Part shown: one piece after another, positions 11,801 to 24,200 of the stretch
How positions within the stretch are numbered: the stretch's first letter is position 1
Layout: the number at the start of each line of letters is the position of its first letter
NCBI GenBank assembly: GCA_050273025.1
Contig: CP158635.1
Location: 30,504,001 to 30,568,000 of the forward strand
Source of the DNA: Cenococcum geophilum
Taxonomy: Eukaryota
DNA length: 64,000 nucleotides
Reading direction: 5' to 3'
The notes under the pieces: model-generated
The model's input: only the letters and a program-made list of their open reading frames with translations
Database searches by the model: none
Told to the model about the DNA's origin: nothing
Position numbers and translations under genes: made by a program

Positions 11801-13784
11801 TAATGTAAAATAGAAACAGGGTATTTATAGGAACAACGTAAAAAGTAATATACCCTAAGGGGGTTTAAACCCTAATTATATTAAGAGAAATTATAGTACC
11901 TTTACTAAAACAAATCGTATATTAGCCTGCCGTTAATTAGTTAATCTAAACAGAGCTATTAAGCTACTAGAGAGTTTAAACTTAAGGTTCTCCTACTATA
12001 GATACTCCTACGGCTCTAGTATCTGGCATAATACTATAGAAGATATTCGCTAAGTATCTATTGTTAAAGGAGAACACGGAGCTCTCCTTTAGCTTATTAA
12101 AGATATTTAACTTCGTAATAGAATGGAGCGTAGATTGGTTATTAAGAATAGCGACGGTTTATATACTATTTACCTTACTATACTTAGTAAAGTATTAGTT
12201 AGGTAAGTAGTTTTTAATTTCTATATCTATAAGGAGCTATTCGGTCTTATTAACCTTACCCTTAAAATCTTTTACGCCTTTATATTAAACTAGAAAGCTT
12301 TAGAAGTAGGCTATAGTAACCTTACAATTTTTAACGTTTCTTATACTCTAACGGAACTTATTATATACCTTCTTTTACTTATTAAGGAAGTGTCTAGTTA
12401 ACTAGTAATTTAGCTTCTTACAAATATAGCACTTCTTTTAGTAATTACTTCGAAATAAACCTCTATAAGGACCTCTATAATTACCTTATAGTTAACGTTA
12501 ATTATACCCTCTTCCGTATTCCCTACTACGGCCACTATATATTTAATTAGTCTAGTTATAATTATATTAGTTAGGAATACTTAGTTAGGTAAGGTTTTCG
12601 GTATAAAACTATTAAGATTCTTATATTCGCATTATAGTACCTACAGCAAAGCGTAGCTTAGCATATACTCCTTTAAACGTGTCCATAGGTTTATATAGCG
12701 CTAAGTTACACTTAGGAACGCTATAGTATACTAAGATAACCTAGTCCCTTAGGCTGTTCTTGTTTTAGTAAGTTTTAATAAGGCCACTTTAAATTTTCTA
12801 GAGTTTATTAAAGAGTAGTTAAAGGCACTCTAAATAAGTCTTTATTAGGTTAGAAGTAATAACTCTCTAGAATATAGTTTCCCGCTATTCGGATATATAA
12901 AGTTAGCGATTTTTATTAGTCTTAAAGTAAGCTTTAGTAAGCTAAAGCATTATATTAAAGCTATAGTTTTTACCCGTAATATGGTTATAATAAAATATTA
13001 TTACCCGTTCCTTTAATATAACAAAGAAAGCATAATAGTACTAGTTGCGTTAAATTTTAACCCTATTATAACAGTTATAAAAGACCTATAGTTTTGCTCT
13101 GAGTATATTATATAGTTCTCCTCTAAACTTCTTCTCTTTATCCAAATATACCTTTATTAAATTCGTAACTTTTTATAGTAAAGGCTTACCGGTTAGCTGG
13201 AGTGAAGAAGGTAAAGGCGAAGTAACTTTAAGTAGGAAGGCACCTCTAGGTAGGAGAGTAGCTTTAGATAGGGGGTTAGCGTTCTAGGGGTTTTAATATA
13301 AATTAAAGTTACCTTCTAAAGAATATAGGTTGTTTTTAGGTTTCCGTAGTTAATGTATAATCTTAGCTTCTATCTATATTAGTTCTTCTATACTAATAAT
13401 AACGACCTAAATATTACTAGCAATTAGGTTACTGTTCTTAGTAATATATACCCTATTCCTATAGAGAAAGTCTTAAAAATCCTAAATAATATTAACGTTA
13501 CTAAGTGCCTAGGTATCGGCAGTCTATCTTACAAAATCCTCCCTAAAATACTCCTATAGTTATAAATCAGCGTAGTATCTATTTTAGTAGAATATAATAT
13601 AGTATAGGAGAAAGCCGTTAACTTATTTTGTGGTATAAGTTATTATATTAAAGACGAATTCGTTTTAATCTTCATTAATAAGTTTCGCGTGCTTAGCTAC
13701 CCCTAGTAGTAAGGAGTCTTTCCAGTTATTTAAAGTAGGCGTAGCCATGTTTTCGGAGGGAGGGAAGTGTTATTAGTATAGGGA

Positions 13785-14047
13785 TTATTGTTTAGTACGC
13801 GTTTATAATATATATTTATTGTTTAGTACGTATTTATTGTTTAGTACGCGTTTATAACGTATATTTGCGGTTATAGGGCTTAGGACCAGTTCTAGCCTTA
13901 AATCGTGAAGACTTATAAAGCGTGTTATTCTACGTAATAGACGCAAGAATCTATAATCTTAGAAAGGCTTAGGACCAGTTCTAGCCTTTTAGATCCTTAG
14001 ATTTGTGGAAGAGTTCTATTTAAGGTTTAGGACCAGTTTTAACCTTA
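13785..14047. repeat. Leader tandem repeats of the GalEa-like element
   Basis: TTATTGTTTAGTACG x3 (13785-13850) and GG(C/T)TTAGGACCAGTT x3 (~13878, ~13966, ~14023). Confidence 0.8.
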
Positions 14048-16710
14048 AAAGATAGCTTCCTCTAGCACGAGTAGCACTAGTATAGTGACTTATCTCTTCT
14101 TAGTAATACCTAGCTATCCTATAGTATAACTGTAAAGTTAACCACTAATTAGTGTTGGTTATACAAGGTGATATTACGTAGCTACGGTTCGTAGATAGTA
14201 TAATAATTATTGTTCTTTATATTTATTAGGGGGGGGCGAGGAGCTTAAGGCTCCTCGCCACACTAGTGCCGCGGCGACACGTGACGGCAACTTGCCGCAC
14301 GTAACGGTAACTTGCCTATATTCCCAACACCTATTAAATATACTAAGGATTAGAGTCTAGTTAAAGGGTAAGGTCCTTAGAGCTAGTAGTAGCTACTATA
14401 TACTACGCCCTATAGAAGGTTTTAATTTATATTTCGCGTTACCTATAAAAGTCTCCTTATAATAGGCCGACTATATTTTATAGAAGGGGGCTATAAAGAC
14501 GTTAGGTCCCGTATTAGGTAACTTACTTCCCCCTCTTTTACTAACTAAGCTTAGATCTCCCCTTTCTATAAGCTAGCCTATATATTTAACTATTAAGTTC
14601 TTATCTAACTAGCCTATATTTTCTTAGAGCCTCCCCAATATATATATACGTTAGGTTATATATACTACGCCTATTAAAACCCTCCTATAAGTTACCTAGT
14701 TAAATACTATAGGACCGTTAAAGCTGGCCTATATTTCTACTGCCTAGAGCTTATTACGGCGCTAGTAGAAAACGGTAAATTATAATAGACGTTATAATAG
14801 ACGTAGAGTTACGTAGGCCTATGTAACTCTAAGACCGCATAAAACTTTAAGTAATACTACTAGTCTTCTCCTTTTCTTTCTCTAGCTTTATGTTATAGTG
14901 CTATAATAAAGTAGACTAAATAACTACGTTATGGTATAAAGAGGAGAAGAAGGTGAAAGGGGGTATCGTATATAAATAGTAGGGCTAGCCGCTAAGGCGC
15001 TAGTGGTAGGCTAGCTAATAGTAGGAGATAGTACGAAATAGTACGAGATAGTATAAAATAGTATACGTTAGGTTAGTGCTGTAACAGTACTCCTCTTCTT
15101 AAAAGGTTTGGTCCCTAAACCAAATAAGTAACTTATTTTTACTATAAAGATATTACTTCCGCTTACCGCTCTTAACTAAGCTAATAGTAATTTTCTATGC
15201 CGGGTATAGAAAATCCTAATTAGTTAGTTTAATAAATAAAGTTAGTAGAACTTAATACTGCTACTATATAGCGCTTCTTAGCAAAAAACTAACTTTAACA
15301 GGCGGTTAAAGTTCTATAAGATCTTAACCACCATAAATTATCTTTATGGTTGGCTATAGTTTTAATATAACTTTCCTTTATCTTATGCCTAGTTTGGGGG
15401 TCCTAGCTTTTTAGAGTATTGTTTATAAAACTTTAGTAGTGTATATTTATACCCTTTTAGAGATTTTTTAGGTTCCTAGATCCCCTTATTATAATACTTT
15501 TACTTAATATAATATATTAAGCCGTGCTCGTTTATTTGTTTATTATATATATTAAGAATCTTTTTAAATTTCTACTTATCCGTAATATTGCCGTTATTAT
15601 CCTTTTAGCTATCCTACCTATAATATTATAACGTTCTTTTTCATTAATATATACTTAACTAGAGATCTTTTTAAGGAACTAGAGACAGACTTTTAAAGTA
15701 TAAAAAGACTTATTAACACGGATATAGTTTAGGAGGTTAACTATAACTACTCCTTTATAGGCAGCTAGGACGAGCTAGAGTCTATTCTAGTTATTATTCT
15801 GCTTCCTCTTAGGCCAGTTAGTCTTTATATTTTTAAGGCTAACTATAAATATATTATCCTTTTTAAATATTATACATTCGTCTCGTTTTATATTAGTATT
15901 ATCTTTATAGCGTTGCTAGGAGATATAAGCTAGGGCTTTAAGCTAGGTTAAAATACGCTTAAAGTGGTTAGTAATAGTATTAGCTTATAGGTACTTCTTC
16001 TTTATATATATAGACAGGGCTAATAGCTAGGGGCCTACTAGTTTAATACCTAGACGTAGGTTATAGCTATAGTTAGTAAAGATTAGTAAGATTTCCGTAG
16101 TCTTATTAACCTAGTTATTTATAGTAAACTTAGTAAAGGGGAGCCAATCTACCTAGTTGTTTTAGGTAAAGCTTATAAAGGCGTATAGGTACTTATTTAT
16201 TGCTGCATTAATAATCTTAGTTTAACTATTTATTTTAGGATGCTATACGGAGCTAGGGCTTAGGGTTACCTTTAGGCACTAGTTTAGGCAACGCTAGAAG
16301 TTAAAAATAAATAAAGAGCCTTTATTAGAAATAATGGTATTTAGAGCGCTATATAACTTATAGATAGTATAGATAAATGCTTTGATAAGCTCTTTAGTAT
16401 TTAGGCTAGTAATAGGAATAAAGTATCTTATCTTTATTAGGCGGTCAATAATAATAAAAATATATTTATATGTTTTTCCGTTATAAAGGCACTTAGGTAG
16501 GTTAATAATATAATTAATAGAGATATTGGTCTACGGGCGGACTAGTAATTTTAGTAGTTTTAGGAAACTAGGCGGTACTAAGCGTAAGGTTTTTATATAA
16601 AAGTAGAGAGCGCAGTCTCTTATAAAGGTAGCTATAAACTATAAAATACCTAGCCACTAATATGTTTAATTAAGGAGGTTTAATATTTTAACGCGGCCTA
16701 GGTAACCTAT

Positions 16711-18953
16711 CCCTTAACCCACTGGCGTGTATAAGGCAGGTGGTCCGTACGGAACACCAGAACCAAAACTACGCGTATAGCCTACATAGATTTGATTAAT
16801 TAATTACCATTAACTATGCCTTCTAATTGTACTTCTAATGATATAGATCTTGTTCAACCGACTTAATATAAAGTTCTACTAAGTTAGGTTGCTAAAAAAA
16901 AACCACCCCCTAAGCCATAAGAGCTGCCCAATTTCAAGCCTTTGCATATTAACGATTTTAACGACTATAGCACCCCAAATCTACCTCCTACGCTTAATCG
17001 ACACGATCCGTTTACTATATTTAGTTAATTCTTTATTAGTAAGATTATGGATAAGCTAGTAGAGTAGATAAATAAGTACGCAGAGCTGCACCCGTTAAAT
17101 AATGTAGGTAAATAGCTATAGGCCCGCCTATGGCTGCTAATATGCAAAGAAGAACTTTAGGTATATTTTGGTGTGCTTATTTATATAGGCCTTATACATA
17201 AATCGTCTATTAAGGATTACTAGGGTTTTTTAGACAGCATTAGCACGGAGTATATTGTTAAAAAATATATAAGCCGGATACGATTTAAATAGCTTAATCG
17301 TTACTTTTAGTGCATAGAACTATAGTTAGACGACGATCCTATACGACGATCTACGTTTAATAGAGTTAATAAGCTTACTAAATATATTCGTCTTACCTAT
17401 AGGAAGCTCTATAGCCCTAGCACCTACCTCGCGGTTAACGAGACAATTAAACGCTTTATAGGCCGCGCACCTAAAATCGTTAATATTCCTTCTAAACTAA
17501 CACCTAAAGGTTTTAAAATATGGGTTCTGGCGAACAAGGGCTATATACTTAATTGGCTGTAGTACGCGAAAGGTAATAAAGTAGGCCTAGTTAATCTAGA
17601 TATAACGTTTACTAAGAAGGAAGGTTTTTTAAAGACGTAGGTAGTAGTGCTTAATCTACTTATTTAGCGCAATCCAGAGTTAAATAAGCCCCTTTATCCT
17701 TTAGGGAAGCACGTTATTTGGCTTGATAATCTATTTATAAGCGTTAAACTTCTTATATAACTTCAAGGGCTTAGTATTAGAGGCGTAGAAACCGTCTAAA
17801 CTACTAAAACAAAGCGGGAGATAAAGGGGGGGGAGAAGGGCGATATATTAACTTATGTAGCTAGTAGGAAAAAGGTTAAAATAGCTATAGAGTAAATTAA
17901 CCAGAGGCTCGCTAATCTTAAATTAATTCACGCAGCTTAAATAGAGTGGGGTATACTATATGCAGCAATATTAAAGGATGGTTAGGTTATAGAGTTTGCC
18001 TAAAAGGACGCTAATATCGTGCTTTTTATAAGTATAATTAACGACGGTAAATAATACACTAAAAATCTTCTAAAAATAAGGCTTAAAATACTAATTTCGT
18101 TATACATCGCCAGGTTAATTAACGTAGAAAACTAACTGTAAACGTCCTCCCCTTACCTAAACTGGCGCTCAAATAACTCGCAAAGTCTTTAGCGATAAGG
18201 TAGTTAAGGCTCTACGCATTCCTACCTTTATATTCTACTACAATCTATATATAGGTGGGGTAGATATTGCTGATTAGCTACGGTTATATTTTAACACTTA
18301 GAGAATATATAGAAAGACGTAAAAGCCTCTATTTTACTTCTTACTAAATACTATCCTTAGCAACTCCTACCTACTGTCCTCTTACCGTCCTATTAATTGC
18401 CGAGCTAGCCGAAACGATGGCCATTAGAAGTTTAGGAGGGACCTCCGCGACGCCTTGTTTAAGCGCTCTATTCGCAAGCAAAAGGCCTATATCTAAGATG
18501 CACCTCTACGACGCTCTACCGACGATATACTGTGGTATTCTACACACCACTATACACTAAAGAAGCTCTGGGTCAAGCCTGTTAACTATTCTATATACAT
18601 AGAGGCTGGCAGAAAGTCTTAGAAAGCAAAGGGGCGCTATAAGCCTTTTTTAGAGCTCTCTATAAATACAACTAAAAAATATCGTGATAGTAAGGATTAG
18701 AAAAGGCCTTAGTAGACGCCAAGGACTAGATATAGCTATAGCGTATACCAAATACCGTTTTATAGAGAGGACGATTGCTAACTACCTTATATCGAGCGAC
18801 TTAACTTTAAAGAATAAGTTATATAGATATATTTGTATAAGAATTAATCAATATAACTAGCTTTATATTTCTAATCACGACGATTTTAATGCATTAATCT
18901 GATTGGCTGGTTCCTTATCGATAACGTATACACGAATTTTAGTGGGTTAAGGG
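16711..18953 (+). mobile_element. piggyBac-superfamily DNA transposon (inner definition 16718-18946 between TTAA sites)
   Basis: TTAA-CCCACT ... AGTGGG-TTAA ends; the inverted symmetry extends further outward; encodes a piggyBac transposase remnant. Confidence 0.9.
16816..18817 (+). pseudogene. piggyBac (DDE_Tnp_1_7-type) transposase pseudogene, probable intron ~18047-18112
   Basis: Motifs AVNETIKRFIGR, VNIPSKLTPKGFKIWVLA, HVIWLDNLF and YNLYIGGVDIAD; multiple RIP stops. Confidence 0.85.
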
Positions 18954-21212
18954 ATAGGGCCTAAACTATATATGCGGTATATAACTTCTAGTTAAAGTTT
19001 AGGTAAATTAGGGATAAATACTTAATTCCTGTAATAGATTAGGCCGTTAATAATTAAATATTCGGATTTATTATAGCGGAGCAGCTTCCTAATCTGCTTG
19101 GGCCAATAGTATGCTTTATAGTCTTCCCGTTTATATAGCGTAGCTAATATATTTCTAGTAAGTTTATTCTTTATATAGGCATTCTTAATAAGCTCCTTAA
19201 GGGTTTTTTTTCTTAGGCTTTGGGTCTATTACTATAATAAAGTCTTTAATGCTCTAGTCTTAGGATTTGCTTAGTAGCTCTTTTAGAATAGTAGGGTCGA
19301 CTTTCTTCGATAGTAAAATAACACGGTCTTAGTGTTATAGACATTTATTATTAGCATTAGTAGGTATAACGCCTAAGAGGCGGCTAAGGGCGTCTAGGAT
19401 TATAGCTTTAGTACTAGGCCTATAAGTAATAATAAAATTAAATTAGGAGAGTGACTTAGCTTAGGGGACTTAGCGCTAGTTTAATTATTTTGTTATTATA
19501 AAGATCTAGAGGTTCTTATAGTCTATAATAAATTTAAACAGCTGCTTAGTTTCTTATAGTTTAGGGTATTATTTTTTTAGTATTTTAATAATTGCTAGGA
19601 GCTCCTTATTATATATTTTATAGTTATATTTAGGGGCTAAGTACTTAATAGAGAAGAATATAACTAGCTTAAGCTTATTACTTTTATTAGCTTAATAGAG
19701 TACTTTACCTAAAGCCTAGTTTAAGGCGTCTATCTTTACTATAGTCTTCTTTATATAGTTATAATACGCTAGGACCAGTGCTATAGTAAACGCTATTTTT
19801 AGGGGTTGGAACGCCTATATTTAGTTAGGGCCCTATAACTAGCTAATGCTCTTCTTTAGTAGCCTAGTTATAGGCTTAACTACCTTAGAGCAGCCTTAGA
19901 TAAATTATTAGTAGAAGTTCGTAAAGCTAAGAAATTGCTGTAGTTCCTTAACTAATATTAGGTCCTTTTATTCCTATAAGGCCTGCACCTTCTTAGGGTC
20001 TATAGTTATGCTATTAGTCGAGATAATTAAGCTAAGGTATTTTGTTTTAGTGGTATAAAACTTAAACTTATTAATATTAATCTGGAGTCTAGTATTACTA
20101 AATCTCTAGATAATTTAATTTATATATTTCGTATACTTAGCGCGTATTTTTAAGAAAATAAGGATATTATTAAAATACTCAGTATAGTAGTTGTTAAGGG
20201 CGTTATATAGAATATGGTTAATATAGTTCTAAAATATAGCGGGTGCGTTATAGAGACTAAATAGTATAACTAATATTTTATAAAGCCTAAACTGGGTAAT
20301 AAATACTGTAAGCTATTTATAGCCTTCTATAATCTAGATCTAGTTAAACGCAGTAATTATATTAAGCTTAATAAAGTACTTAGTATTATAGAGTGCGTTA
20401 AGTATTTCGTGGACTAGTAGTAATAGATACTAATTCTTAATAGTAACTATGTTTAGGCCTTAGTAGTTATAGTAGATTTATATACCGCCGCTAGGTTTTA
20501 TAGTAAGGAGGAGTAGTATAGTAGCTAATAAGGTTAATTTGCGGATAAAACCCTTATCTAGTATTTCGTTAATCCACTTCTTTATATAACTAAGTTTAGT
20601 AGGTAAAAGTAGTCTATTTTTATAATATAGGGCCTGCTTTCTGGGTATAATCTTAATTTTATAGTTCTATAGTTAGTAAGGGGATAGCTTATTTACGTTT
20701 TTAGGGAGGAAGTATTTAATATATTTATAAAACTCTTTTAGTAAGTATTATAAAATATCTTTATAGGTTAATCCTGGTTTACCTTTTAGAAATTTCTTAA
20801 TATTAGTATTAACTATCTTTTGGCGTAGAAACTTAGACTTTATTTTTAGGTTTATTTTAAAGAAGTTATAAAAATAAGGGGGTAGTGCTTTACGGGCTTT
20901 ATTTATTATATAGTCGCCTTTTACTAGCTAGCGGAAAGACCTTTTTAATAGGTTTAGTATTTCTATTAGGCCTATAGGCAGCTCCTTAAGTAGCTATTAA
21001 TGCTTTTTTTATTTAACTAGTTTTACTAGCTCCGCTATATAGATCCTTATTACCTTTACATCCTTTTATTTATAGAACTAGGTAAAATTAACGGTATAGG
21101 TATATCTATTATCGTCTAGGTTAGGGCGTATTTAGTTTTCTAGTGCTATAGCTAGGCTAATATAGTACACGTGGGAGATAGGTATAAGGTTAGGCGTTAG
21201 GGGGGGGGGAGG

Positions 21213-24200
21213 TGTTAGATAACTCATATAGAGCTATTCATTGATAAAATGGGTTAATTGATTAATGATCTTAATCGTGTCTTTATCGTTGATTGACCTA
21301 GGGTCCCTGGGCTTAGACGAAGATATTTATAATATACGTGACCCGTGCACGTGACCCGTGCACGTCCTACGCCACAGAGAATATAGATTATTTGATATAC
21401 CCCCTTAGCTTCGACCTAGTCGAGGACGAAGCTAACCACCTTCTCGTGTCCGTTAGTGCGTTAATTGAACTGTAATCTCATCTGAATCCTTCTGTCTCGC
21501 TCTAATATTTTCCCTTAGGTCCTCCAATTGCTTCTCCTTATTTAGCCGCTCCTTAATATCTACTATTCCGATTATATTGACGAAGCTCTTAAACCTCTGC
21601 TTGGGCAGGGCCTTCGTAAGTCTATTAGCAATCATCTCCTTTGTCGCTTTCTATTGAAATAGCACTCGTCTTATTGCGTATTCTTAACGCAACTAGTATT
21701 AATAGATGTTAACGTATTAGAGCTTTGTAATTAGCTTTGCCGTGTTTTCTATAATTAGTTAGAGTATCTAGGTGTTATTATAGTTAATAATTAAGGGCTT
21801 GTTTAGCCTTAACGTTATTACTTTAAGCAGCCTGCTAATAAAGATAGCTTCCTTTACTGTCTATAATAGGGCTAACAGCTCGGCTTCTGTGCTCAACGTT
21901 ATAACCGTACCCTACTTATTTACTCTCTAGGTAATTAGCCCCCTAAATAGCTTTATAATATATCCTTATAAGCTCTTTCTATCGATAGAGTTGTCCGCGA
22001 ATAATGCGTCGCTAGCATAGATAAATAATTGCGCTTCACTTCTACCGTCTCTGTTATCTCGTCCTTAGTCGCGTATTCCTTTATCTCTCCCTCTACTGTT
22101 TATTCCTTCCTTATCTCCTCCATAGTAGATTACTCTACTCCTCGTGCTATATAGGTACTAGATGACTCTGTCTACCGCTTAATAGTGCTTTTAGCTTAGG
22201 TCCTAATTAAACCTTACTAGCCGTAATACTGCAAAGGCAATATCCGGACGTGTTGTAGTAGCTATATAGAGTACTAAACCCAGTTTTCTCTAATATAGTA
22301 TCGTAGGAGCTAGTAGGGATATAGGATGGACTAATAGGTCTATATTGGGGGACGGACGCGTTAGACAGATTATACGGTAATTGGTAGGGAGGAGTTCCGA
22401 TTCTACTATAGGAGTGTTTAAAAGACGCCCTCTAAGATCTATCTTATACTAGTTAGCTATCTTCTTAATATAGGCTTCCTGGGATAGCTATAGGAGCCTT
22501 TAGCTACGATTGCGTAGCATATAGATTCCTAGGAACCATTTTAGCTCGCCAAGGGTACTTATCTAGTATTCCTTGCTTAGCTCCTTAATTGCTTCTTAAG
22601 CTTTCTTCTTATCTATTTTTCGGTAGCAGAAGACAATATCGTTAACGTAGAAGAAGATAACTATTCCACCTTTTAGCATAATATACGGCTTCTAGGGTAC
22701 TTCTTTAAAACCCAATTCGTTTAATAAGCTCGTAAGATTCTTCTACTATAATAGTGGTGATCGTTATAGTCCGTACAGGGCTTTTCTTAAGCGTAGTACT
22801 TTGTCTGTCTTTCCTTTATTAAACCCTAGCAATAGCTTTATATAGACAACCTCGTCGAGATCGCAATAGATAAATGTATTAACTGCATCTATCTATATCG
22901 TCTCTAGGTCGAATTTTGCAGTGATCGCCATAAGGGTTTAGAAGGTCGTACTAGCTAATATAGTAGCTCTTGTAGGTAGGTCTCCTAGGACCTATTGATT
23001 TCCATAAACTACTAAGCGTGCCTTATATTTCTGGAGAAATCCGTGCTTATCCGTCTTGTAGATAAATACCTACATTAAGCTAAGGACCTACTATCCCTTT
23101 GCGTGCTTCTTATCTATTTCTTAAAACGACCTTATTTAATAATAAGATTAAAGATAGGCTCGTTAAGCCTCTTGGAACTAATCTTAAAGAGGATACGTAT
23201 TAAGGTCCCGAATTGACTAGGGTAGCAGAGGTAGGTTCTTCCTATATAATCTAACATTGCGTATTCTACCTAATTTCAGCTTGCTGTCGTTAAGTTAACT
23301 ATTAAGGTTAAACTTCCTTCCTACTAAGAAGGCGCCGTAATAGGCTAACGTGATCCTTTTAGTAATAAAGTCTTTAAACCTATTATCGCTAGCTTCCTTA
23401 AACGAGTCTTTAACTAAGTTATTAGATACCCCCTAAGTGTTAAACGCATCTCCTGCTTAATAAGCGACGTTTTAATCAGTACCTTATACATCTAACTTTA
23501 TAGGATACTCAACGTAAAAGGCATATAGAGATTCTTCGTCTTCTTCTATTGGAGGTAGTATATAGTATATATCTTCGAGAGCTCTTATAAGCTTAAGATC
23601 TGCTAACTTATTAAAGGTTTATACTAGCTTATTAACGTCATTGTTGTCTTCCTCTTAAATTAACGGTTTAAATATTTCTTTATTATCTTCCAAAAGGACC
23701 TTATTCTTAGTTAAGGTATTAAGGAGTTAAATCTTCTTAATCAGCGTGTCTAACTCAGCGTATAGGTCCTTTAAGATATCCAATCACTTGCCATTAAAGA
23801 ACGTCTTCTTATTAAAGATAACGTCCCTAGTAGAGATAACTATACCTTTATATAGGATCTAGATCCTATAGATATTGGTAGAGTTATAGCCAACGAGGTA
23901 GCTAATATAGGCTCGCGGATCTAGCTTGCTTAGCCTTTTCTTCTTTAGCTAGGCGTCCGACGTTATCGCGTACGCCCTATAGCCGTAGGCTTTTAGGTGC
24001 GCCAGTTGCGGCTTTCTTAATCTCCTATTGGCTAGAAAGGTATAGAACCTCTTATATAGCGATATCTAACCGTTGCTTTCCCATAGCGTTTAATCTTAAA
24101 GGTAGACTATATAGTTAACTATCTCGTTCCATAGGTCGTGTGGTAGATTAGCTGCAATTCTTATTACTTATACTCTCTTAATAATTACACCCCCTAAGCG

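Larger units (their letters stand above)
8277..14329 (-). mobile_element. Ty1/Copia LTR retrotransposon, GalEa-like, full length, RIP-inactivated
   Basis: LTRs 8277-8458 and 14153-14329; TSD CCTAT on both sides. RT segment reads RDIT*AYT*LETHL (RDITQAY-type motif) at ~10040-10082; integrase lies upstream of RT. Clade assignment is from motif recall. Confidence 0.88.

Noticed and set aside
16711..16720. Telomere-like CCCTTAACCC
   Set aside because: Single unit at a transposon end, not a (CCCTAA)n array.
21453..21635. 60-aa ORF as an independent gene
   Set aside because: It is the C-terminal RNase H remnant of Copia G.
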